A stretch of 64,000 nt of DNA from an uncultured bacterium (lineage in GTDB: Bacteria > Fidelibacterota > UBA2242). The stretch spans positions 1,705-65,704 of the forward strand of contig CAYTUQ010000002.1 of the NCBI GenBank assembly GCA_964441235.1, given 5' to 3'. Both the position numbers and the translations under genes were made by a program. Positions 54,534 through 62,638 of the stretch are shown here, piece by piece. The notes beneath the pieces were generated by a model, which made no database searches, was not told the origin of the DNA, and was given only the letters and a program-made list of their open reading frames with translations. Within the stretch, counting starts at the first letter, position 1; the number at the start of each line of letters is the position of its first letter.

Positions 54534-54633
54534 ATCGTGAACATAAAATTATCAATAGTCAATAATCAATGGTCAATAGTCAATAATCAATAGCCAATAG
54601 TCAATAATCAATGGTCAATGGTCAATAGACAAT
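54514..54633. repeat. 7-bp-periodic micro-arrays: NNGTGAA x4, then NNTCAAT x12
   Basis: AAGTGAA ACGTGAA TTGTGAA TCGTGAA (54514-54541, covering the last codons and stop of the 2Fe-2S gene). Then ATCAAT AGTCAAT AATCAAT GGTCAAT AGTCAAT AATCAAT AGCCAAT AGTCAAT AATCAAT GGTCAAT GGTCAAT AGACAAT (54551-54633). Confidence 0.9.
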
Positions 54634-54643
54634 CGAGTAAGGG

Positions 54644-55465
54644 ATGTGGTACGAATCACTAAAATTTGAGAATCCGAAAACCGTAGAAGAAGCATTAAAC
54701 TGTCTGGAAACTGATGGTGCAGAAATCATTGCCGGGGGTACGGATGAACTCATTCAGATAAGAGAAAAGAAAAAATGTATAAAAAAATTAGTCAATATTG
54801 GAGATATAAAATCTCTTAAAAAGATAAAGAAAAAAGATAATACTCTAATTATTGGAGCATGTGTAACATATTCGGAGTTTCTTGAACTTGCTTCTGAAAA
54901 TTTGCCTCCATTGACAGATGCCGTAAAGCAAATTGCATCTCCCTCGATAAGAAATATTGCTACTTTTGGAGGAAATATTGTGAACGCTTCCCCTGCAGGT
55001 GATACTTTACCTGTTTTGTATGCTTTTAATGCGGAATTGGTTCTGGAGTCTTTGCAGGGCAAGAGAGTTGTAAAGATAAGCGATTTTATTGTCGGCCCAG
55101 GCAAAACAATACTGAATAATATAGAACTTCTAACCGAAATTCGGGTAAATATTCCATCCTTCACTTGTTACTATCGAAAATTCGGTCCACGTAAAGCATT
55201 AGCACTTTCGAAGGTTTCTTTTTGCGGAGTTCACCTGACTGATTACGATGAAATCCGATTGGCGTACGGCTCGGTGGGGCCTACTGTCATAAGGGCTTAT
55301 GAAGCAGAGGAATTATATAAAAAAGGTCAAAAAGACAAAATCCCAAAGTTAATAAATAAATTAGTTCAGCCAATAAATGACCAGCGCTCTACTGCGGAAT
55401 ATCGGAGATATCTGTGCGTGGAAATGACGAGGGAGTTTTTAAAAAAGTGTGAAAATTTGTCTTAA
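54644..55465 (+). CDS. FAD-binding (medium) subunit of XDH-family enzyme
   Basis: IIAGGTDELIQI and ATFGGNIVNASPAGD are typical of FAD_binding_5 / CO-dehydrogenase flavoprotein subunits. Confidence 0.85.
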   Translation: MWYESLKFENPKTVEEALNCLETDGAEIIAGGTDELIQIREKKKCIKKLVNIGDIKSLKKIKKKDNTLIIGACVTYSEFLELASENLPPLTDAVKQIASPSIRNIATFGGNIVNASPAGDTLPVLYAFNAELVLESLQGKRVVKISDFIVGPGKTILNNIELLTEIRVNIPSFTCYYRKFGPRKALALSKVSFCGVHLTDYDEIRLAYGSVGPTVIRAYEAEELYKKGQKDKIPKLINKLVQPINDQRSTAEYRRYLCVEMTREFLKKCENLS

Positions 55466-55716
55466 ATTTTCTATTGATTGTTTCATTTTATTTGGTTACA
55501 CTAACTAATAGTATAAGTGATAAAGAGGAGAAATGAGATTTTATTACTTTAAATTTATAAATCAGAAAGATTTTGTAGATTATCCTAAATTTTCTTCAAT
55601 AATATCTAAATATGTCGAATATAGTAGAAGTCTGTATTAGGTATATGTTGTATTTATAATTTTTCAGGATTCTTTCGTGAGTAATGTTGGATTTTTAGAA
55701 ATTTATAATCGTTAAT

Positions 55717-56388
55717 ATGGAAAATAAAATGAATTTTGATGATCTTTATTTAAATAGAGTGATTTTGGAATTTAGATATGATGGAGGATTTCTATATTGG
55801 GACAAATGTGGAGAAACAATTTTAGATATTCAGAGTAATTTTCCTGAGTGGAATTGGGAAGGAATTTCAACTGAATTAGCAAGGTTGAAAAACCATACAA
55901 GAAATATGGAACTTGTGTTTAATTATAAAAATATACGCTTCATTCAAAATGAAGTCGAGAATCTGAACCAGTTCAAAGAAGCAGCAAGTAAGATTACACC
56001 AATAATTGTCAAAAGCCTTGAGATAAACAAATTCAAGCGAATAGGTAACAGATATCAGTATGTTTTTCCTCTGGAGAATCCTGAGCAGGGCAAGAAAATC
56101 ATAAGAGAGAGTTCCTTGATTAAAATACCTGAGGGAAAACTGGCCTTGTTTGGAGAGAATTCCATTAAAACTAATTTTATTGTCCACATTGAAAACGAAA
56201 ATTATCGTTACAGGATTGAACTTGTAGGCATCGAGCGAGTTGAGGTGCCAAAGAATATTAAGATTGATGAGCGGTTTAACCCCAAATATGGACTGCGTGT
56301 TGATGTAGATATTGCTACTATTAATAAAGTTAATGCTTTAGATTTTGATTGCAGTAGCTTTATTCAATCAAGCAAGAAGTTCCTGTAA
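55717..56388 (+). CDS. TIGR04255-like family protein
   Basis: LNRVILEFRYDGG near the N-terminus and FKRIGNRYQYVF parallel the ...VIEAVFEIRF... and ...NRTGLRYINHI... motifs of the clearer family member at 58883. Confidence 0.5.
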   Translation: MENKMNFDDLYLNRVILEFRYDGGFLYWDKCGETILDIQSNFPEWNWEGISTELARLKNHTRNMELVFNYKNIRFIQNEVENLNQFKEAASKITPIIVKSLEINKFKRIGNRYQYVFPLENPEQGKKIIRESSLIKIPEGKLALFGENSIKTNFIVHIENENYRYRIELVGIERVEVPKNIKIDERFNPKYGLRVDVDIATINKVNALDFDCSSFIQSSKKFL

Positions 56389-56439
56389 AATAATTTAATT
56401 AAATTTATCTAAGAATCAGTGATAAAGGAGGTAGTTCTT

Positions 56440-57087
56440 GTGAATAACACAACCACTGAGACAAGAATTGATGAGAGAGGTGAAGGAATCGCCAAATATG
56501 TTCTCTCAAGAGGAATGACTCAGGTTGAAACTGTAGGCACGTTCCCAAAAGAGCAATTTGCACCGTTCTATTTGCCAACAGAGGAAGAAGAAACTCATAA
56601 GGAATTAGAAGAAACAGATATGACTTTATCAACATCTCCTACAGGTGAAATTGAAAGAGAAATTATACCCACTATAAAAAGGCTAGTTGAAATCATTGAA
56701 TCTGCAATTAGTTTGCTTGATGAGGTATTGGAAGTTTATGATGATGAGATTGAAAGGATAAACACGTTTTCACTCTTTGAAGAAGAAATTAAATCTCTGT
56801 GGGAGTTACGGGAAGAGGCAAACAAGAACTTTGTAGATGTTCTCGTTCTTTTAGAAGTAGCAGCTAAAAATTCACATTATAAAAATTATCAGAAACATCA
56901 GTACCAATCTATAAAAATGGTTTTAGAAAAAATTAAGAGTATCTATATCACACCCCAGAACGCAAGAGAATGTAGAAGATTATTAATGGACAATGGGATT
57001 GACCTTTTTGCTCCTATCAGAAACTGGGAGAATTATACAGTTGAAATAAAGAAAAATAGTATCCTCTCAATAAAGCATGGTAAATAA
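56440..57087 (+). CDS. Hypothetical acidic coiled-coil protein
   Basis: GTG at 56440 lies 9 nt after AAGGAGG (56424-56430). No recognisable motif. Immediately downstream of the TIGR04255-like gene. Confidence 0.5.
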   Translation: MNNTTTETRIDERGEGIAKYVLSRGMTQVETVGTFPKEQFAPFYLPTEEEETHKELEETDMTLSTSPTGEIEREIIPTIKRLVEIIESAISLLDEVLEVYDDEIERINTFSLFEEEIKSLWELREEANKNFVDVLVLLEVAAKNSHYKNYQKHQYQSIKMVLEKIKSIYITPQNARECRRLLMDNGIDLFAPIRNWENYTVEIKKNSILSIKHGK

Positions 57088-57326
57088 ATTCTAAATTCTA
57101 ATATCTAAACTCTAAACAATTTTAAAATTCAAATGTTCAAATGCTCAAAATTCGGCAGATGCTGGACCGATGATTAAATGGATTCCCGTCGATACTTTTG
57201 GTCATTTTGATTTTGGGTTTTTAATTTGTTTAGTATTTCGGATTTCGTACTTCGGATTTTACCTTGTTGGAAATTTACTAATATCAAAGAAACTTACCAT
57301 AAGATATTGAGCGGATACGAAAAATA

Positions 57327-58019
57327 TTGAAACAAAATAGAAAGTTATTTTTAGAAACCACTATCCAGATAGATCGGTTCTCTGCTGACCTAGATAAAAA
57401 GGAAAGAATAGATAAGATAATTTCCCAGTTTAGCCAGATTCTAAGTTCTACTTACGTGAAGATGGAATTCAGAAGAAGGTTTATCCAGGATTTAGTTTAC
57501 CTTTACAATGAAGCCATTTGGGGTGCTGAAACTTTTGCCGATGTCTATGCTAGAATTGACAAACTACATTCTGATTTCCATAAAAGGAAAATTAAAGGGA
57601 TAGTTGCCAGTTTTTACAGATTTTTTTCAGATACCAAAGATGAAGAAATTTCAGGAACATTAGGTAAGATAATTTTAGAAAAAGTAAGACCGTATTTTAA
57701 ACAAATTATATTAGCTGCCTGGGAAAGTTTTGATTTTGGGATCAATACAATACTAAATGAGATTAATTGCTATCATGGATTGAGAGGTCCAGTTCAAAAA
57801 GGCGGGAAGTTTGATAATAGGATGAGCAAGTGTAAAAAAGCAGATATAAGATGTAAGATTCAGGAATTCTTCAATAGAAATATGGAAACTTTCAGAAAAA
57901 TATATGACAAATTTTCTCAAATGGACTGTTTGGATAGTGAACAACAAAAGATGAAGAAATTCTTGAAAAATATAATTCGCTTGAAGGGCTTGCAAATCAG
58001 CCACTTGAAAATTTATTGA
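57327..58019 (+). CDS. Hypothetical protein (weak PIN-like N-terminal pattern)
   Basis: 230-aa ORF, TTG start. LFLETTIQIDRF...LSSTYVKMEF is loosely like the first two acidic positions of PIN domains. Not convincing on its own. Confidence 0.4.
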   Translation: MKQNRKLFLETTIQIDRFSADLDKKERIDKIISQFSQILSSTYVKMEFRRRFIQDLVYLYNEAIWGAETFADVYARIDKLHSDFHKRKIKGIVASFYRFFSDTKDEEISGTLGKIILEKVRPYFKQIILAAWESFDFGINTILNEINCYHGLRGPVQKGGKFDNRMSKCKKADIRCKIQEFFNRNMETFRKIYDKFSQMDCLDSEQQKMKKFLKNIIRLKGLQISHLKIY

Positions 58020-58108
58020 AAATTAAAGGCATATCCGACGTGAAGATAATACGAATAGCTGCAGCTTTTGAAATAGCACTGAGACTGATAGAAAGAAAGA
58101 AGAAATAA
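57971..58108 (+). pseudogene. RadC N-terminal (HhH) fragment
   Basis: In a frame different from ORF 57327-58019: YNSLEGLANQPLENLLKIKGISDVKIIRIAAAFEIALRLIERKKK*. This parallels IEDLLTIKGLGIAKIAQLKATLELAERYL of the intact RadC at 33491. No JAB domain follows. Confidence 0.6.
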
Positions 58109-58158
58109 TTTGTCTAATAAGAAAACCAGGCTAACTGAAAGAGCAACAAGTTATTTTA

Positions 58159-58536
58159 AAAGGGATTATTACTGAGAGTGGAACATATTATTATGAAACA
58201 AATAATATAAATGAGGCATTATATTTACTATCTGTTCTAAATTCGGTAATAGTAGATAAACTTGTCAAACCACTTCAAGTGCGTGGGCTATGGGGATCCC
58301 GTCATTTTCATAAAAAAGTTCTCAAGCTGCCCATTCCGCAATTTGGTGTAAATAATACGCATCATCATAGACTAGCAGAAATTGGTAAAGAATGTAGTAA
58401 AAAAGTAGAAAAATGGTTAAAATGTGGTGGAGTGGGAAAGATTAGAAGTATTGGGAAGTTGCGGAGTATGGTGAGGGAAATGTTGAGGGGAGAGTTGGGG
58501 GAGATTGATGGGGTGGTGGAAGGGATTCTTAGATAA
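58159..58536 (+). pseudogene. C-terminal fragment of a TRD-like / DNA-methyltransferase-associated protein family (AT-rich copy)
   Basis: Frame is open from 58159 without a start. GTYYYETNNINEALYLLSVLNSVIVDKLVKPLQVRGLWGSRHFHKKVLKLPIPQFGVNNTHHHRLAEIGKECSKKVEKWLKCGGVGKIRSIG is a paralogue of 60309-60740. Confidence 0.55.
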
Positions 58537-58882
58537 AAAAAAGCACAAAGGATAAAACAGAAGTTATTTGCGAAATATTATAACTCGTTTCATAATGAAT
58601 TATCAAATTGATTTTTTAATAAAGATTTAGACGAGGGAGTTTTTAAATGACTTATGCAAAATTTCTTGTTGATTTATTTATTTCATTTACTTAAAATAAT
58701 TATAGGAAAGATGTACAAGAGAAGAAATATTGCCTTATCATTTAAATCTGTTGTATTATTGGGTATTAATTTTACGATTTTTGATTACTTTTTGAACAAT
58801 TGAGTGAGGAAAGTAGTCAAGAGATTGGGAATAGAATATTAAACTTTTAATCAGAATTGGTTAAAGTAAATCTGAGGACAAA

Positions 58883-59581
58883 ATGAATACTAAATATATT
58901 GATCCTCCTGTTATAGAGGCTGTTTTCGAAATTAGATTTCCTGCAGAATTATCTATAGAATCTCAAAGAGATAAGTACTATGAAAAGATTAGAGAATATT
59001 TCCCCGATATTTCCGTTCCTAAGGTTGAAAGTCCAGAGCCTTATCCTCTAAAACCTTATCGGTTTGAAACTTCTGATAAATTAAAGATGATCCAATTTTC
59101 AATCAATAGATTTTCTTTTCATACTAAGAAGTATAATACATTTAATGAATTCAATACGGAAGTGATTAATTATATTGAATCTTTTTGCGAGCTGTATAGA
59201 ATATCAAAACTCAATAGAACAGGATTAAGATATATCAATCACATTCCTATAGAACGAGAAAATGGAGTTTTGCAAATATCTAAATATTTGAAATTTGGAT
59301 ATATTTTACCTGATATTATTCCAAGCAACTTAGAACTGTTTCAAACGGTCTTATTGTCACGAATTGAAGAGGGGAAATTAAGGATATTAATTGCTTCTCA
59401 AAATGCAATAGGTACCGGGGATGGAGAGATTATGGTGCTTGACTTTGATTTCTTTTTTGAGGGTGATCTTTCTGTAGATTTGTTAAAGAATTATTTACAA
59501 AATTCTCATATACATACTAAGAAAGTTTTTGAAAGTTTGATTAGTAAAGAATACAGAAGTATTCCAGAGAAAGGGGATTAA
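58883..59581 (+). CDS. TIGR04255-family protein
   Basis: N-terminal YIDPPVIEAVFEIRFPAEL and internal LNRTGLRYINHIP match my recollection of the TIGR04255 signature (PPL.EVV.ElrF...R.GLRYiN). Confidence 0.65.
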   Translation: MNTKYIDPPVIEAVFEIRFPAELSIESQRDKYYEKIREYFPDISVPKVESPEPYPLKPYRFETSDKLKMIQFSINRFSFHTKKYNTFNEFNTEVINYIESFCELYRISKLNRTGLRYINHIPIERENGVLQISKYLKFGYILPDIIPSNLELFQTVLLSRIEEGKLRILIASQNAIGTGDGEIMVLDFDFFFEGDLSVDLLKNYLQNSHIHTKKVFESLISKEYRSIPEKGD

Positions 59582-60061
59582 ATGGATGTTTCTGGTGAAA
59601 CAGTTGAAAAGTTAACTTATCACAATATGTATGATTATCCGGGTGGACAGATTGAGACTTACAAGGGATGGACAGGACCCGGCAAATTTATTGCTCAGGG
59701 AGGTTCCTATGTACCTTTAGCCTATGTTCCGATAAGGCGTGAAGTTCTAACTATGCTTTTATCAGTTGATTCCCAGGTACAAGGCATTATTGAAAAAATA
59801 AATGGCTTGGAAAATAGAGTTTCTACGTTGGAAAAAGGAATTTCATCGGTAGGGATGATTGAGATTTCTGAATCAAATCCAATTGAAGGTAATATTAGGA
59901 TAACAAAAACGGAGGCGAGGAAAAAGATATTAAAACACTTTCAGCTAAGAGGTGAGTTAGATTACTTTGACATAGTAGAAGATCTTGGTCTAGACTTGAA
60001 ATTTGTTGTTGAAATTTGTGAAGAACTAGAAAATGAGAAAGAAATAAAAGCAGTAAAATAA
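59582..60061 (+). CDS. Hypothetical protein with C-terminal wHTH-like region
   Basis: ATG follows the upstream stop directly (TAAATG). Central coiled coil. The C-terminus KKILKHFQLRGELDYFDIVEDLGLDLKFVVEICEELENEKEI looks like a winged helix. Confidence 0.5.
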   Translation: MDVSGETVEKLTYHNMYDYPGGQIETYKGWTGPGKFIAQGGSYVPLAYVPIRREVLTMLLSVDSQVQGIIEKINGLENRVSTLEKGISSVGMIEISESNPIEGNIRITKTEARKKILKHFQLRGELDYFDIVEDLGLDLKFVVEICEELENEKEIKAVK

Positions 60062-60308
60062 TGCCAATATATTTCAAAGAGGGGGATGCAATTCAGGGTG
60101 AAAAATTAGTTTTCACTTGTAGGAAATTTAGTATCTCTAAGAAACCTGTAAAACGAACATCAGCTCATAGAGCACAGAGTGGGAAATTAGATAACGCATA
60201 TTGTGTAATAAATAAGCGTTTTAGGCACATACCAGAGAAATGAAGGTAAAAAAGTATCAATTATATGCTATTTTAAAATAAAATCATCATGTAATTTACA
60301 AATATCGA

Positions 60309-60740
60309 GTGATTTGTAATACTTCGGGGACATTTCTTACTGCTGCAACTGTTGAAAATGAACCTATAGCATTTGAGATTAACGGTCAGAAAATTATATC
60401 AAATGGATTCGTAGCTGATTATGTAACTTACTATTTCGAAACATCAAATTTTAAAGAAGCATACTATCTTAGTTCAATTCTGAACTCTCCTATCCTGAAC
60501 ATTCTGATCAAGCCTATGCAAGCACGGGGCTTATGGGGTCCTCGGGATATTCATAAAAAAGTTCTCGAGTTGCCCATTCCGCAGTTTGATGCGGAAAACT
60601 CCCAACATCGGCAATTGACTGAATTGGGCCAAGCCTGCTCTGCCAAAGTCAGGCAGTGGGTCAACAGCGGCGGTCTCGGCAATATTCGCAGCATCGGTAC
60701 GCTGCTCACACGATGGAAACGTTATACGAAACCGGTATAA
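60309..60740 (+). pseudogene. C-terminal fragment of the same TRD-like family (GC-rich copy)
   Basis: VTYYFETSNFKEAYYLSSILNSPILNILIKPMQARGLWGPRDIHKKVLELPIPQFDAENSQHRQLTELGQACSAKVRQWVNSGGLGNIRSIG. The 3' half is visibly much more GC-rich than its surroundings. No N-terminal catalytic part. Confidence 0.55.
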
Positions 60741-60778
60741 TTTAATTTTGGGTTATTTTTAAAGTAAGGAAGTGTATT

Positions 60779-60967
60779 ATGGTTGAACAATTAAGTAAGG
60801 AAATTCTTGCTTTTGAAAGTGATCATATATGGGTACATGAGAATTTTGATGATTTGCTTAAAGATTATCAAGACCGGTGGATTGACAAATTTCAAGTTTC
60901 AATCATAGCCTCAGCCTTTGTAGTCAATGGGACAGGCAAGTTTCAAGTATCACGTTTTACGTATTAA
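60779..60967 (+). pseudogene. Possible truncated DUF5678-like small (antitoxin-like) gene
   Basis: ILAFESDHIWVHENFDDLLKDYQDRWI resembles the start of DUF5678-type proteins. The rest is encoded by a CAARTTTCAAGTWTCA duplication and looks non-native. Confidence 0.25.
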
Positions 60968-61312
60968 TTTATATGAAAGTAACCACGAATTACACTAATT
61001 ACACTAATTGAAACCGTTCACCCCGTTAGATACTTACTATTTTAAACAATGAATATCTATCAGGGGTTGTTATCTTACGGGGTTCATGGTTTACAGTTTA
61101 TGGTTAACGGTCTCTTAATCCCACCCCGATTTGTATAAGTTAGTTTTGAACATTAGACATTGAGATTTGTAATTTGTTTGAAATTTGATCCGCCAGCTGG
61201 TGGATTAATATTTGCAATTTGCAATTTGATATTTATTTTGTCTCAGCCTTTTTAAATTTCACGCTTCGTTGTGGTGAAAAATCATGGGTGTTATTAACAA
61301 TATGTTGCTAAT

Positions 61313-62281
61313 ATGTACTTTGAAGCTGAATTAAACGAAGCCATTCGGTTGAAACAGAAGAAGGAATATCACCGGGCATGGGAACTGTTTGATGAGATTT
61401 CAAAGTCCAATCCCCGGTCGGCTTATTTCTGGTCCAATTATGCCCATTTGGCATTCCTGATGAACCGATATCAGAAAGCAAAGGAGTTTTCGGAAACGGC
61501 TTTGAGCATTGACCCCCTGTCCAGATTTGTGAGGTCGTTATATTCATCTATCCTGCTTCACACTAATGATACAGCGTCTTCTCTGGAATTAATACAGGAA
61601 CTCATCGAAGAAAAAATGGAAGTTCCTCTTTTGAAAAAATTGGTGAAAGCCGGTGAATCTCTGGGAATTCTCAACGATCTTGAGCCGTATTTCAATGATT
61701 GGATTCTACGATTTCACAGTGATAGAGAATTTGTTTCAACAGCGGCTGAGTATTACCATAAAATTGGTAAGACAGAGAAGACAATTGAACTTTATCAACG
61801 ACTGGTATCGGAAGAAAAATCAAACGATTTTATTTATGAACGTTTGATAGCACTTAAGACACTGGGCAAGTCAAGTCAGGAAAAAATCCGCGAACTGGAA
61901 ATAATACTGAAGCTTCCATCTCAGGAGAGGAATATTCACCTACTTGGTCTGTTGGCACGAGAGTACAAGAAAAGCAAGGAGTGGGGAAAGGCAGAACAAA
62001 CATATCGCAAGATACTTTCCATTAATCCTGATGATTTGTTTCAAAAGAAACAGATGGGATTTCTCTACGCCCGGAGTGGCAATCTGGAACAGGCTGTTGA
62101 AATCTTGAAAGATTGTTTATTTAAAGACCCAGACGACCATTTTGTCCGTAGTTCCCTGCTCTCAGCTTTTAAAAAGATGAACAGTAAGGAAAAAGCTCTT
62201 CAATTCATTGATCAGTTGCTCCTCCATTATCCTGAGAAGAAGAGTTATCTGGGTATTCGGAAAAGAGTTGAGAAGTGGTAA
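61313..62281 (+). CDS. TPR-repeat protein
   Basis: 322 aa with repeated 34-aa A/Y/L patterns (e.g. WGKAEQTYRKILSINPDDLFQKKQMGFLYARSGNLEQAVEILKDCLFKDPDD). Confidence 0.7.
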   Translation: MYFEAELNEAIRLKQKKEYHRAWELFDEISKSNPRSAYFWSNYAHLAFLMNRYQKAKEFSETALSIDPLSRFVRSLYSSILLHTNDTASSLELIQELIEEKMEVPLLKKLVKAGESLGILNDLEPYFNDWILRFHSDREFVSTAAEYYHKIGKTEKTIELYQRLVSEEKSNDFIYERLIALKTLGKSSQEKIRELEIILKLPSQERNIHLLGLLAREYKKSKEWGKAEQTYRKILSINPDDLFQKKQMGFLYARSGNLEQAVEILKDCLFKDPDDHFVRSSLLSAFKKMNSKEKALQFIDQLLLHYPEKKSYLGIRKRVEKW

Positions 62282-62356
62282 TTGATAATTGGTGAGTGGT
62301 GTTTACTTAAATGTAAAAATTCAGTAAACTACGTCTGACTTAAAAAAAGATTAAAA

Positions 62357-62582
62357 CGCAGAGGCGCAGAGAACGCAGGGAGAAAAAGAAATATTGTAAA
62401 TAGATAAGATGTCGAAAATAGTATCATTAATTAGACGCTAAGGAAAGTTGAAAGATTATGAACATATATTTTAAACAGAGATTGTGAAATGAATAGGAAA
62501 ATTAACATAACTAATCATAAAAATTCTGCGTCTAAAGAATATTATATATCATTTAAATCTCTGCGTTCTCTGCGCCTCTGCG
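62357..62582. repeat. 226-bp element with 24-bp terminal inverted repeats of CGCAGAG modules
   Basis: CGCAGAGGCGCAGAGAACGCAGGG (62357-62380) against CTCTGCGTTCTCTGCGCCTCTGCG (62559-62582): 23/24 complementary. The AT-rich 178-bp core has an extra CTGCG. Ends 56 nt before the BrxC-like start. Confidence 0.85.
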
Positions 62583-62638
62583 TTTATAAATTTGGTTCTT
62601 TTTTTGTTCTGGTTTGTCCAAGTTAGGTGCACAACACT

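Noticed and set aside
54551-54633. Tandem repeat array considered as a possible CRISPR array
   Set aside because: The unit is only 7 bp (21 bp at the higher order) with no unique spacers and no cas genes nearby. The same reasoning applies to the 12-bp array at 43052-43122.
60061-60243. 60-aa basic ORF overlapping the stop of the upstream gene (TAATG)
   Set aside because: Coupled geometry makes it possible, but it has no motif or detectable homology by eye. The evidence is insufficient to call it a gene.
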